From Camelus ferus (lineage: Eukaryota), in contig NC_045707.1 in assembly GCF_009834535.1 (NCBI RefSeq), forward strand, positions 59,150,001-59,214,000: DNA of 64,000 nucleotides, written 5' to 3'. A model generated the notes under the pieces. The model ran no database searches and was not told where the DNA came from. It saw only the letters and a list, made by a program, of their open reading frames with translations. How positions within the stretch are numbered: position 1 is the stretch's first letter; each line of letters begins with the position of its first letter. Positions 13,231 through 26,890 of this stretch are shown piece after piece. Both the position numbers and the translations under genes were made by a program.

Positions 13231-14461
13231 ATTGAAACAGAGAGACAAAGAGATAGGAGAGGAAGATGAGAAGGAGCAGGAGAAAGAGAAGTTGTTTCCA
13301 TGTGTTGTAAATGATCAAAAACAAAAATGAACTCAAACTTTAGAATGGTATCAAAGCACAGACATCATGAAATATACCAATCTATCATTAACATAACTTT
13401 TAAAGGAATATAAAGTCATCTTATATTTGACCCTGTGCCTTACTGCAACAGGGATGTATAAATAATCCAGGTATCCACCATGCCTGGACTCTGCCTGGTT
13501 TTTCATGCCTTTCCATAATCCTGGCTTTATTTCATAGTTCTACAAATCTGCTAGATTTTTCCAGGACTTTATTTCTTCAAATATTTCATCCCCCTGTCCT
13601 GAAATGCCTTCTGATCCATCCTCTATGTTTACCAAAATCCAATTTGCTTGAGAAATCCAGCTCATTGTGTCTATAAAGCCCTGTTGGATTACTTCCAACA
13701 CCCACTTCTCAACACCGACCCATGATAAATTTTTCACTAATATCGGACAAATGAGAAAAACATCTTTCATGATGACCCACGAATAGAAAGGCCTGAACAG
13801 TACTCTTTGTTATATCTGAATATCCAAAGTACGTTTACATATCAGGTTTGGAGGGACAAATTTAATTGCAACTATGTTTGCTGTCCCCATAAATCACTAA
13901 AATACCCTAAAAATTCCATGATTGAGCACCTAAACTACCCTTCCCAGATAGTTTGTACCACTTAATAATAGAGCAAAAATAATTTACTGGAACATGGATC
14001 CTGATTTTGGTTTTGTAACATATGGTCATTCATTTCTATCACATAATACAGCACTTAAAATCATACAGAACTCACACAATTTGCATAGACTGTCTTACAT
14101 GTTTGCCAATTTCTTCAGAATCTTTTGTATTGTTTCCCTGACACTGAAATGGTATTGTTTACAATTCATACCTAGACGTCACCTGGTGGAGAACAGACAC
14201 TCAGTAGTTGCTTGTTGATGAGCTGGAATGATCGTTCATCTACCTGAACAAAAAAAATGACATTTCCTTTAGAGGACAGCTCCAAAAGGACAATGATTTG
14301 ATGAACAGAGAGTCAATAACATGAACCATTCCAAAATACCCAGGTAAACAGAATAGAAAAAGATGAAACATCTACTCCTGATACAAATATCTCCTGAAGA
14401 TTTATGAATTATTGATCATATCTACAAATGTTGAAAACAGTGCTTAATGGTGTAGACTCAC

Positions 14462-14622
14462 AAGAACGTTCTCTGCCCTGCACAAAAAAGTGACCACTTC
14501 AGCTTCTCCAAGCCCCACACCACATTGATAATATAGTATGCTGGTGGCAAAAAATGCTTCTCCTGCTTTCACAGCTACATCAGAAATCTTTCTTTCCCAT
14601 TTTGAAATAGCAAAAACATAGC
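14462..14622 (-). pseudogene. Exon: (G)YVFAISKWERKISDVAVKAGEAFFATSILYYQCGVGLGEAEVVTFLCRAENVL
   Basis: ttttacctctatagcagttttctag| acceptor and CTT|gtgagt donor. 161 nt, fully open, phase 1 to 0. Confidence 0.78.
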
Positions 14623-14983
14623 CTAGAAAACTGCTATAGAGGTAAAACAGCAAGACCTCTGTTTATGAGGAAAAGACCAAGTGTGTAATCCTCTTGCCTC
14701 GCCTGGCCAAACACGTTTATGTGTTGAAAAGGGAGGAATCCTCTCTTTCTTCATACATAAAATGTAAACCTTTGTACACGTGCCTTATTTAATTTCCGCT
14801 TGGGCTAGAGATGCCTTTACACAAACATTTGACCATTTTCTCACTACTGCCTCCCATTGTTTATGTATTTTTTTAAAAGCTGAACCAGTTTGTGCATAGT
14901 GTTAAGTTACAATGTAATGTTTATTTTCATATAATTATATAAAGTTGCTTATAATTTCCTCTACATCAATAGTACATTTATCT

Positions 14984-15245
14984 CACAGACATAGAAAATA
15001 AACTTACAGCATAGGGGGAAGGAGGAGAAAGGGATAAATTGGGAGTTCAAGATTTGCAGATACTACTACATATAAAATAGATAACAGTTTTTATTGTATA
15101 GCACAGGAAACTACATTTACTATCTTGTGGTAACCTATAATAAAAAAGGATGTAAAAAGGAAAATATGTATATGTATGACTAAAACATTATGCTATACAT
15201 CAGAAATTGATATAACATTGTAAACAAACCATATTTCAATAAAAA
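14984..15245 (+). mobile_element. 5'-truncated artiodactyl-type L1 3' end with target-site duplication
   Basis: cacagacatagaaaataaactt...gggataaattgggagttcaagatttgcagatac...caataaaaaa, flanked by agtacatttatct at 14971-14983 and 15246-15258. Confidence 0.85.
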
Positions 15246-15736
15246 AGTACATTTATCTTGATAATAATTCTCCAAATTTCAAAGAAATCCTTGTCTTGAT
15301 CCCAAAAGGGATATATTGGTTTGACCCAAAACTAGGATGTGAAAGAAAGATACTTCTGTGGCAAACATTTTAGGAAAGCAACTTGGAAAGTTTCATATCA
15401 GGGATGATTCTGTAATGACTTTTTCCCTTTAAAATCAATAGAAGTGCTTGTCATTTACATACATTAAGAAAGCGATTACTTGAATACAGGAAAGATGAAA
15501 TCTTGTTTATTAAGTTCATGTTTCATATAAATATTAAAATTTATGTTGTTCCCTTGTGGAGTTTAATAAGAGCTTTATGATTAATACAACAAGGATAGAA
15601 GTTAAGTTGTAAACAGTATTAATCAACTTAATTGAGCCAACTTGTTATGAAAATTTTAATGACCTCTTTCTTTCCTGTAGGAGAAAGAAAAAACTTTGTG
15701 AAGAAAAACAAGCTGTTCCATGTCTTGTCTGAAGTA

Positions 15737-15949
15737 CAGCTGACCCTTGAACAACATGAGGATTAAGGATGCCGACCCCTATGTAGTCAAAAATCTGCCT
15801 ATAACTTTAAATTAGGCCCTCAGTTCTGCACCCACAGATTCAACCAACCACAGATCATGTAGTCCTGCAGTACAGTACTTACTGAAAAAAAAAAAATGCA
15901 TATAAGTAGACCTGCACAATTCAAGTCCATGTTGTTCATAGGCCAACTG
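15737..15949. mobile_element. Tigger2/MER8-like TcMar MITE
   Basis: Inverted termini cagctgacccttgaacaacatg ... catgttgttcataggccaactg, with TA on both sides. Confidence 0.85.
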
Positions 15950-16069
15950 TATACAGAAGATTCATATGAAATAGTTATCCCCAGCAGATCCAAGTGAAGC
16001 ATATAGCTTTTAAACTGGGAAGCAAATCTTGGAATACATGGTCCATGGAGTTTAATGTTTATATTTCAC

Positions 16070-16218
16070 CCTAAGTTTGACGGATTTATTTTCTAAATGA
16101 TGATACCAGTGGATTGAAAAGAAAGATTCTCCTCTGAAATTAAGAAACCATGAATAGTCAGATTGTTCCAAATTAAACCAGGCGGCAATTAGTGATGAAA
16201 CATAAGGTTTTGCCTCAA
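16070..16218 (-). pseudogene. Exon: (V)EAKPYVSSLIAAWFNLEQSDYSWFLNFRGESFFSIHWYHHLENKSVKLR
   Basis: Strong acceptor ctttgtttccttatcacttgtctctag| and donor AGG|gtgaaa. 149 nt, open. Ends phase 0 while the next exon starts phase 1, which implies an indel. Confidence 0.75.
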
Positions 16219-16394
16219 CTAGAGACAAGTGATAAGGAAACAAAGGCAGTGAGCTTCAAGGCTGTGCCAAGGCTTACAGGAAGATAAGCTGCTTCAGGAA
16301 GCAAAAGAAGGAAACCTCTAAATTCTCTTCTCAAAAAATTTTAAGAATAAATGGAAAATATAATAAATAAGTTCAACTGTCTCAAAACATAAAT

Positions 16395-16464
16395 CAACAT
16401 TTATTTACTTAATGTCTACAATCTGCACACAACATTTATTTACTTAATATCTACAATCTGCACA
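16395..16464. repeat. 35-bp tandem duplication (2 copies, 1 mismatch)
   Basis: caacatttatttacttaat(g/a)tctacaatctgcaca repeated twice. Confidence 0.95.
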
Positions 16465-17699
16465 TAGTATCTAAAGCAAATCAAAACAAAACAGTTAGTG
16501 GGAGATGCAAAAAGTTCCTTTTAGTATTCAGGGCCCTTTTAGCCTTACCCTAAAATTGAGGAAGTTGAGTTTTGATTACTAATCAGCTTTTCAAATAGAT
16601 AATAATTAGTGTTCCAAAGTGTTAGAGGAGGTAAAATGGAAGCCAGGAACTTCATTTCCTTCCCTGTCTTTTGTCTTCTATAGTTTATGGGGACTTACAG
16701 GGCTTTAGGATTTGTCCAAAGGTTCTCATTGCCCCCACCTAATTAACCAGTGGAATAAATAATTGACCAATATATGTCTCCCTAGTGTGAGACTGACAAT
16801 CTTATTAATACAGACATTTTTCAGTATCCTGGGTAAAATATTTATGTTATTAAATTGGATTTGAATTATTCTGCAATAAATAAATATATTATTAATGTAA
16901 CTGAATACATAACTGTATTTTAAAACGTACTGGAATTCATTTTCTTGTAAAGCTTTAATTGTATGTAAATAGGCTTAGAAAGAAAACTTCAACAAATTAC
17001 ACACAAGTATAATGAAAATCAACAAAGCACATAAATTTTAAAAATGCATTCATCTAAATAAAATACTTTATGACCTCACTTTTATTGATCCCTATAGTGT
17101 ACAGGGGACCATGCTTTATTTTATCATCACATACATGCAAAATATTTCTCTGTATTCTTTCGGGATGAAAGAGACTTCTCTTAAATACTTTATTAAAAAC
17201 AAGTTCAGGAAAAAACATAGTCTAGAACATACTTTGTACTATTAGTCCACAAAGTCACTGACTATTTTTCAGAACACTTTAGAAGCAGGAATTTTTTTAA
17301 AAAGCCTGCTGGATGCCAAGAAAGAGCATGAGTCATTCACACAAGGTCAGAAGTAGCCAAGATGCATGAAATGTATTTTAATGTGTTTAATTCTTAGAAC
17401 CCAGGTTTGTGCATGCCCATAAAGGAATTCCATGAAGTAACATGTGAGTTTGAAACCAAAATTGATCAACTTTTATTTTCCCATGTATATGAGTAGATAA
17501 TATCTTTAATAGAATATACTCTTTCGTATTTATCAAACATTATATAATAAAAATAATTTAAGAATAAGTAACTTATATTACATTTCCAATACCATCACAA
17601 AGAAAATAGTGTCAATACTTCATACTCTTAGAAAGGGATCCCAAGATCAGTACTAGAGTAAAATAAAACTAAAATAAAATTTAGTACTTTTCAGATTAT

Positions 17700-20600
17700 A
17701 AAAACCTCAAGCCCATCTGCTCATGGAGTCTGGCACCATGAGTGAAGTGAAGGCCACTCATGGACTTCACCAGTCAGCCTGCCCAAATCTTAGGCTGAAC
17801 TAACTAATGAACAAATTTCTCTGCCAAACCCAGTTTGAAAACACGGAAAGAGGTTAGTACTTCCTCAGATATACAAATGCCAATGCAAGCTATAAGGATC
17901 ATGAAAAGGCAGGGAAACGTATCACCAACAAAGAAACAAAATAAAGCTCTAGTAACTGACTTTAAAGAAATAAAGGTCAAATTCCCTGATAAAAAAAATT
18001 CAGAACTGTCATTTAATGAAGCTGAGTGAACACAAAAAACACAGACACTAAATGAAATCAGAAAAATTAATACCTTAACAAAATGATCAGTTCAACAAAA
18101 AGATAGCAACCATCAAAAAGAATGAGACAGAAATTCTGGAGCTGAAGAATACAATGGCTGAACTCAAATATTCAATAAACATTATCAAACCAGCAGACAC
18201 GATCAATCAGAAGAAAAAAATCAGCAAACTCAGAAACAAGTCATTTAAAATTACTCAGTCAGAAAGACAAAAAGAAAAAGAAAAAGAACAATAATAAAGA
18301 AAGTCTAGAGAATTTATGGGATACCATAAAAAGAATCACGTCATGGGAGTACTGGAAGGAGAAGAGAAAGACAATGGGGCAGAAAGTTTATTTAAAGAAA
18401 TAATGGCTGAAAACTTCCCAAATCTGGGAAGGGAAATGGACATTCAGATTCATGAAAACCAAAGAACTCCAAAAATGTTGACTTTAAAGAGTTCTACACT
18501 AAGACATAATATAACTAACTTGTTGAAATCAAAGACAAATGGAGAATTTGGAAAGGAGTGAAAGAAAAGTGATTCAAGGGTATCCCATAAGATTATTAAG
18601 TGCAATTTTAAGCAGAAAGCTTGCAGGCCAGGAAAGGTTGGGATAAAATGCTTTATGTGCTGAAGGAAAAATAAAGTGCCAATGAAGAATACTACATCCA
18701 GCATAACAGTCTTTGAAAAATAAAGAAGAAAATCTTTCCCAGAAAAGCAAAAACTGAGGAAGTTCTTCACCACTGCACCTGCTGTACAAGACATTCTAAA
18801 GGTAGTTCTTCAAGTTGAAATGAAAGGACACTAGACAGCAACACAAAAGTAGATGAAAGTATGAATTCATTAGTAAAGATAAATACATAGACAAACAGAG
18901 AAACATGTAATAGTGTACTGGTATTACATAAATCACTTTTAATCCTAGTATAAAAGTTAAAAGACAAAGATATTAAGAATAACTACAATCACAAAAAATT
19001 ATTTATGGATATACAATATAAAACAAAGTAAATTCTGACATTAGTAACATTAAGTGTGGGCGAGAATAAATGTGTAAAGTTTTTCTATGCAACTGAACTT
19101 GTTATCAGCTTAAAATAAAATGTTATAATTATATGAAGTTTTATACAAGCCTTATGGTAACCACACACACACACAAACTATAGTAGATACAAAAAAGATA
19201 AATAGAAAAGAGCATATCAATACAAAAAATGCCGAATGAATCACAAAGGAAGACAGCAAGAGAGAAAAACAAAAGGCACAAAACAACAAAATGGCAATAG
19301 TAAGTCCTTACCTATCAATAATTTGTAAATAGATTAAACTCACCAATTAAAAGATTTAGAGAGACTGACGGATTTTTTAAAATACAAGATTGAATTATAT
19401 GCTCTATAAAAAGACCCTCTCTTCAGATTTAAGGACACAAATACGCTGAAATTGAAGGAATGGAAAAAATATTTCATGCAAATAATGGCCAAAAGAGAGC
19501 AGAGGTGATTATACTTGTATCAGACAAAATTGATTTTTTAAGTCAAAAAACTGTCACAAGAGACAAAGTTGATAATTGCATATTGATAAAAGGGTCAACT
19601 TAACTGCCATATATAACAATTATAAATATATATACACTCAATATCAGAACACCTAAATACAGAGCACCTAAAAAGCAAACAGATGTAAAAGCAGAAATAG
19701 AGACTGATACAGTAATAGAAGACTCCAATACACCACTTTCCATAACAGATAGATCAACCACAAAGAAAACCAGTAAGAGAAAATGAAACTCAAACAACAC
19801 TATATACCAACTGGACATAATAGACATTTAGATAACATCCAAAAGTAGCAGAATACAGATTGTTTTCAAGGGCACACAGAACATTCTCCAGGAGAGACCT
19901 CATGCTAGGTCACAAAAAAAGTCTTAACAAATTTAAGAAGACTAAAATTATTCTGGGTATCTTTTCTAACTATAATCATATGAAACTAAAAGTCAATTAC
20001 AAAAAAAGGAAAAATTCATGAATACATGGAAGTTAAACACATTCTTGAACTATTAGGTCAAAGAGAAAGTCCAAAGGGCAGTTAGAAATCTCAAAACAAA
20101 TACCAATACAAACACAACATACTAAAACTAAAGCATGATGCAGCAAAAACAGTACTAAGAAGGAAATTTATAATGAAGAATGCCTACATTTAAAAAAGAA
20201 GGAAGATCTCCAAGTAAACAACATGTACTTACACCTCAAAAAAACTAGAAAAAGAACCCAAAGTCAACAGGAGGGAAATAATACAGATTAGAACTGAAAT
20301 AAATCAAATGAGAACAGAAAAACAAGGAAAAAATTGAGAAAACTATGAGGTAGTTCCTGGAAAACATAAACAAAATCAACAAACCTTTAGCTAAAATAAG
20401 TAAGAAAAGAGGTAGAAGATAAAGAATACCAGAAATGGAAGAGGATATATTACAACTGATGCCACAAAAAATACAATAAGAGACTATTATGAACAATTAT
20501 ATTCCAAATGACCTAGAAGAAATGGATAAATTTCTAGAAATATACAAACTAACAAGTATAAATCAAGAAGATATAGAAAGCCTAAACAGATCAATAACCA

Positions 20601-22222
20601 ATATGACCATTAAGGAGACTGAAACAGTAATCAAAAAATTCTCAAAAACCAAACCACCTGGACCAGATGGCATGACAGATGAATTCTACCAAACATTTAA
20701 AGAAGAATTAATACCAAACCTTCTTAAACTCCTTCAAAAAACAAGAGGGAAAACATTCAATCTTATTTCATGAGGCCAGTACCACTCTGATACCAAAAAC
20801 CAGACAAAGTCAACACAAGAAAACTACAGACCAGTATCTCTAATGAACATAGATGTAAATATACTCAACAAAATATTAGCAAACTGAATTCAATAGCACA
20901 TTAAAAGGATCATGCACAATAATCAAGTGGGATTTATCCCTGGGATATAAGGATGGTTCACTATCACCAATTAATCAGTGTGATACACCACATGTACAGA
21001 ATGAAGAATAAAAGTCACTTACCATTTCAATAGATGCAGAAAAATCAATTGACAAAATTCAACAACCTTTCATGATAAAAACTCTCAAATTTGGTATAGA
21101 AGGAACTAACTTCAACACAATTAACTCTATATATTATAAGCCCACAGTTAACATCATACCCAGTAGTCAGAAACAAAGATTTTCCTCTAAGATCTGTAAC
21201 AAGGCAAGATGACCTCTCTTGCCACTTCTTTCAACATAGTACTGGAAGTCCAAGCTAAAGCAATTAGGCAAGAAAAAGAAATAAGAGGCCCCCAAATCAG
21301 AAATAAGATGATAACTATGTCTGTCTGTTTTAAGATTAAATAATTTCATATGTACAAAATCCCAAATACTCCAACAAAACTGTTAGAACTAATAAATACA
21401 TTCAGAAAAGTCACAGTATACAAATCAGCATGCAAACTTAGTTTCATTTTTATATACTAACAATGAACTATCCAAAAAGAAAATTATGTAAACAATTCCA
21501 TTTACAATATCATCAAAAAATAAAGTACTCAGGAGTAAGTTTAATAAGGAGGTGAAAAGATTTGTACACTGAAAACTATTAAGCACTGATGAAAGAAAAT
21601 AAAGCAGACACAAATAAATATACAGTCTGTGTTCATGGAATGGAAGAAATAATTTTATTAAAATGTTGATACTACTGAAAGTAATCTACAGACTCAGTGC
21701 AATCTCTATCAAGATCCCAATGGCATATTTCTACACAAGTGGATAAAAACAATCCTAAAATTCATACGAACTGCAAAAGATTATATATAGCCAAAGTAAT
21801 TTTGAGCAAGAACAAAGTTGGAGGCATCACATTCCCCAATTTCAAAATATATTAACCAGGCTAAAGTGATCACTATAGTATGGTACTGGCATTAAAAAAG
21901 AAAAGACATATAGACCAATGGAATAGAATGGATAGCTCAGAAATAAACCCATGCATATATTATCAGCTGACTTTTGACAAGAGTACCAAGAATATACAAT
22001 GGGGAAATGATTGTCTCTTCAATAAATGGTACTGGTAAGACTGGATATCCATATCCAAAAAAATTAAACTGGACACTTATTTACACAAAAATCAACTTTG
22101 ATGGTTTAAAGACTTAAGAATAAGACCTGAAACTGTAAGATTCTTAGAAGAAAATATAAAATAAAACCTTCTTGACCCTGGTCTGGGCAGTGATTTCTTA
22201 GAAGTGACACCAAAAACACAGA
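17700..22222 (+). mobile_element. Decayed L1 (ORF1, endonuclease and RT regions; 3' part missing)
   Basis: Peptides LFKEIMAENFPNLGREMDIQI (ORF1) and EEMDKFLE...PGPDGMTDEFYQTFKEELIP (ORF2), with many frameshifts. Confidence 0.95.
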
Positions 22223-22759
22223 CTTCTTATCTCTTTCTGCTATGGCTTCACTGAACATATCATAAAACAACTTAAATTTGGTGGGGGGGTGGGGGGGGGG
22301 AATCAAACAGATCACCATTAATTATAAGCCTTTATTCATAAGGCCAGGGATTATTCGGGGGGGGGGGGGAGGCAGAATTTTTGTAACTATTAAGCAAGGT
22401 GCTCATCTGAAGTTCAGCTAGTTTCAGGAATAGGAGGTCAAAACTGGTTTTCACAAAAGGGAGAGATTGTTCTTGTGCCCTAATCACCATGGTTTTGGCA
22501 ATCTGATTTGTCAAGAAGGTGAAAGAAACAATTAGTAAGGTGAAGTTCAATAGGGGGTTGGGAGGAACAGCTGCAGGTAACAAGGGCATGCACGGGACAG
22601 AACAGAAAATCTTTCATTCTCCCAGGTCTCTTTCAATTTATGTATTATAACCCTGCTATGTACCAATATTCATTGCTTCCATTATGTTTGTTTTCAGTTA
22701 TTTGTATTTATAAATGTTTACTACGATAGTAGACTTGTAATTTAGGCATAAATTTTTAT

Positions 22760-23150
22760 TTCTTTTTTTGCTTTTTTTTTTTATTAAAGTGTAGTCAGTT
22801 TACAATGTTGTGTCAATTTCTGGTGTACAGGATAATGCTTCAGTCATACATGAAGATATATATATTTGTTTTCATATTCTTTTTCACCAAAAGTTACTAC
22901 AAGGTACTGAATACAGTTCCCTGTGCTATACAGTATGAACTTGTTGTTTATCTATTTTGTATATATATACATATTAGTATCTACAAATCTCAAACTCCCA
23001 ATTTATCCCTTCCCACCCCCTTCTCCCCCAGGTAAACCATAAGTTTGTTTTCTACATCTGTGAGTCTGTTTCTGTTTTGTAAATAAGTTCGTCTTTTTTT
23101 TTTTTTTCAGATTCCACATATAAGCGATATCATGTGGTATTTTTCTGTTT
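22760..23150 (-). mobile_element. Artiodactyl/camelid L1 3' UTR
   Basis: Poly-T followed by attaaagtgtagtcagtttacaatgttgtgtcaatttctggtgtacag...cagattccacatataagcgatatcat. Confidence 0.85.
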
Positions 23151-23319
23151 CTTACTGAATTTTACTTTATTAAATATTGTAATTAAATCAATACAATAAT
23201 TATCTAAACACATTTTTAAATTATGCTGATGGAAATTTTTTTTCTAGAACTAAATTCTTGTTCAATTGAGATGCACCTTATATACATCCTAAACACTGGA
23301 AAACGTAACATGCAGCAAT

Positions 23320-23600
23320 GCTAATTATACTTATTATGCTGTACATTATATCCCTAGCACTAATTTATCTTGTAACTGGAAGTCTGTAGTTTTTGACTGC
23401 CTTCATCCAAGTCCCCTTCCCCTCTATGGCTACCCTACCCAAATTTGATCTCTTTTTTTTTTTTTTTTTAGGAGTTTGTTGTTTCTGAAGTATAACTGGC
23501 CAGCACTATATTAGTTCCACAGTGCTTTGATATTTCTATGCATTTCAAACTGATCACCACAGTAAGTCTAGTTATATGACGTCACCATACAAAAGTATTA
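23320..23600 (-). mobile_element. Older L1 3' UTR fragments
   Basis: atgctgtacattatatccctagcactaatttatcttgtaactggaagt...tgatcaccacagtaagtctagt. Confidence 0.6.
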
Positions 23601-24846
23601 GGGAATATCTTTTAGAACACAGGAGGTTATTCATCCTATTTGGCAAAAGGAAAAAAAAAGATTTAAGGACAGACATTTGATGGAGTGATGTCTCAGCAGA
23701 TGCAGGAAGTAATGGGTGCAAGAACACAGACTAAAGATGGTGCAATCCATGTCAGATAAACTTATCCGCAGGAAAGCTGTTAAGTAAAATCGTTTGCTAA
23801 GGGTGAGAAAGCTGGAGAAGGGGACTGAATCTTTGGGAAATTGGGGGAATGGAGATTAGCAACAGATGTCCTTAAGAGCCCTCTGGGGAGTCTCACTAGC
23901 TCAAGCTGCACGGTGACTGCCAGCTCCAGTTAAATGGGGAGCTGATTGAAGTAGACAGTAGGAACTTTTTCATAGTCTAGGAAAATGGTGTGCCAAGTAA
24001 ATTAATAGAAACTGAGGCATGAAAACCTCAAACTTGTAAAACTGTGCTCAAATAGACATTGCAATAGATGATTATTCTCATTTCAGCTGATTCTTAAGCT
24101 TTTTAAAACCTATGCAGAATCCCCAAGATGCTAAGAGATGTGGGTACAGGTTCTATTTTCCCCTGTTTCTGTCAGCAGTACATGTATTTGAAGAGAGAGA
24201 CATTTCTTCCATGCTTGATAGATCCCACAAATCACTACGCTGCTTTAATCTCCCACCAAAGACAAATACACACAAAAACATAACACACACTGGTTTTTAT
24301 TATGTCTTGGCTTTTGTTTGGTAAGTTTAAAAGGTGTTATCTAGTGAATTATAGCTTCAGTAAATGTACATCTATTCAGGACATTGTATTGAGGAATATT
24401 CTAAAGGCTGAGCCAATGATAGTATTTATGAATATTGTTGATATTAGGATAAATAGAATTTTACTAAAATTATGAATAGCAGCATATTGGGGTATAAATA
24501 CACTAACAACAGAATGCAGAAATATGATTTAAAGTAATCACAGTTAATTCTGGAAGGAGTCACATGAAAATTCAACAGATTTTCAGAAGGAATAACTATG
24601 ACAAAAGACTAAGGGACAAATACAGTGAAGAAAACTTGGGGGGCTCAGCGTAAATATGAAATATATTTTCATTTTCACTGCACCTCCCGTAATGTTCTGA
24701 GACACAGCTCTTCTTGAGACACTAGGATGTGATACAAGATTAGTAGACTTCCTCTGTGATACCAACCTAGCTCATTATGACTCTACCTGCTCAAAAATAT
24801 GAAAGGGAAGCAACTAGAGAATCATGTTTATAGTGTGTAACCCTAC

Positions 24847-24910
24847 CTATATGTCCAAACTTTATTACACTCTTGTATATTTGACCCAAGCTTCTCTGGG
24901 TTTCTCTGCC
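24847..24910 (-). pseudogene. Exon: (R)QRNPEKL/GQIYKSVIKFGHI(V), probable 1-nt insertion
   Basis: tttttccattctattttctcag| acceptor and TAG|gtaggg donor. 64 nt; 63 nt would make it phase 1/1, as both neighbours require. Confidence 0.7.
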
Positions 24911-25531
24911 CTGAGAAAATAGAATGGAAAAATAAGTTCGAAGTAAGCCTTCTTAAAGAATCCTTTCTGCATGGATAAACAGATGTAGCCAGCCACTTTC
25001 CAAAGACCATGCACATCAAGAAAAAGAAGTAGTTCACCCCTGAGGTTGAATTACTACAACAGATATACAGAGACAAACTACAGGATTTCTAAAGGTCAAC
25101 CAACTCTTGATTGTAATTCCTCTTCTTGAGATTTGAGTACTTTCCTACCTTTGGGTTCATGAGGTGTCTCTGTCCTGTACTTTCTTATCATGAATTCCCT
25201 CTATTTTAATCGTGTTGAAGTTGACTTCTCATACTTGTCATCAAAAGTCCTCATCAATCTAGGGAGAGCTGAAAATCTAGAACACTAGAACTTTTTAACT
25301 GATTTAAAGAGATGCCTTTCAGATAAGTCTCTCCATATTCATGTGCAATCAAATAAGGTAAAGTATTGGATGTGTTGGATGCGGTACCACATAGACAAAA
25401 TGAATTAATGTTCTTTGATTAAATGGTAAGGTTAGTACAGTTCTACAAACACATGACTCCTCCATGAAAAGACTGTACTTCAGACTACTGAAAGGTTTAG
25501 ACTTTGTCATCCTAAATGTACAAGCGTAGAT

Positions 25532-25575
25532 ACACACACACACACACATACACACACACACACATACATACACAC
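25532..25575. repeat. Interrupted (CA)n microsatellite
   Basis: CA units interrupted by TA. Confidence 0.9.
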
Positions 25576-25811
25576 AACCATTCTGGGTATATTAAATCTT
25601 TTCACACAGGAATATGAAAGGAATGGGTCAATGGAATGTTTTGAGGAGCAGATCTGATTTCCTGATGATATGATCACCATTTATTGCTTCCATTGAATGT
25701 CAGATTGTAGAGACATGAGCTCAGCAGGTTTTAAACACCAAAACAGGCTTCAAATGAATTTCTTGACATTTCTCTCCTTGGAGGCCATTAGGAGGACAGA
25801 CAAGTACTTAC

Positions 25812-25865
25812 TTTCGGAAGAGGTGTTCAAAGCTTATGGATAATCACCAAGTGCATACAGCAGAG
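25812..25865 (-). pseudogene. Exon: (A)LLYALGDYP*ALNTSSE with mutated acceptor (CAA for CAG)
   Basis: Consensus donor AAA|gtaagt. Pyrimidine tract ttcttctattttctcaa ends in AA. 54 nt, phase 1/1. TAA at 25834-25836. Confidence 0.55.
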
Positions 25866-26027
25866 TTGAGAAAATAGAAGAATTTAAAAAGATTAATTTT
25901 CTCACAGTTTCTCCAAGTTTTGGTACCTTTCATCTATGAAGTTACTACTAGTATTAATTCACCATAAAAATTCAAAAAGTTTAAAATAAGAATTTGACTA
26001 TTGTTTGTATGACAATCTTTTTCTCAT

Positions 26028-26050
26028 ATAATAATAATATAATAATAATA

Positions 26051-26085
<35 letters not shown>
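26028..26085. repeat. (TAA)n microsatellite
   Basis: Long aat array with two interruptions. Confidence 0.9.
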
Positions 26086-26088
<3 letters not shown>

Positions 26089-26766
26089 TAAATTAATATA
26101 AGAAGTAGCATTTACCAAAAACTTAATATGTGCAAGTCAGGCACTGTGCTGAGTACTTTCATTTTGCTTAATTTATATGATTTATTTACTTCTCATTCTT
26201 TGTATAATAAACACTTACCCTGTGACAGACAGATGTAGGAAGTAAGACTTAGATTAAGTAACCCATCCACACTTAACTTGGAAATGACAGAGTTGGGCTG
26301 TGAAGCGAATTTCAGTCTGATCTCAAAGTTCACACTCTTCTAACTACTTTGCTGTACCACCATCATTTGCACTTCAGAACTATGAGCAATCAGTATTCAG
26401 TTTGATAAAAAAAAAAAAAAACCACATACCACTTTTACCTCTATGTACATCAAAGTCCCACAAACTTCTCCAAATTCAATGTAACTCAATGGAGTGGAAC
26501 AAATCAGTTTATCCATGTCATGTTCTATTCAGGCTCCATGTCATTGACTTTTGGTATGTGAGCTCAGTTTACTCTTTGCTTTTCTTACTGAAACTGACTC
26601 TCATCTTTAGACAGTTTTCAGGAGCAGTAAAATTTATCTTTCAGAGGCCATTCTATGAAGAAACAGTTGGAAGTTAAGATACAGGAAGATGTATTTAAGT
26701 CACATGCTTTTTCCATCTCTTCCCTTCTGCCTTCAAAGATAGAACCCAGCAGACAGGGATTTTCAC

Positions 26767-26890
26767 CATTTGAAAAAAATTCATCTGACACAGTGTATGC
26801 CAAAAGAAATATCCTTCTAAGATATCCATTTTCCACTTCTAAAGTGTTACTTTGAAATGCCAGCCCATAATTTCCAGACAGCATAAACCA
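26767..26890 (-). pseudogene. Exon: WFMLSGNYGLAFQSNTLEVENGYLRRIFLLAYTVSDEFFSN
   Basis: tttcctttgatttttacag| acceptor and ATG|gtgaaa donor. 124 nt, open, phase 0 to 1. Confidence 0.72.
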
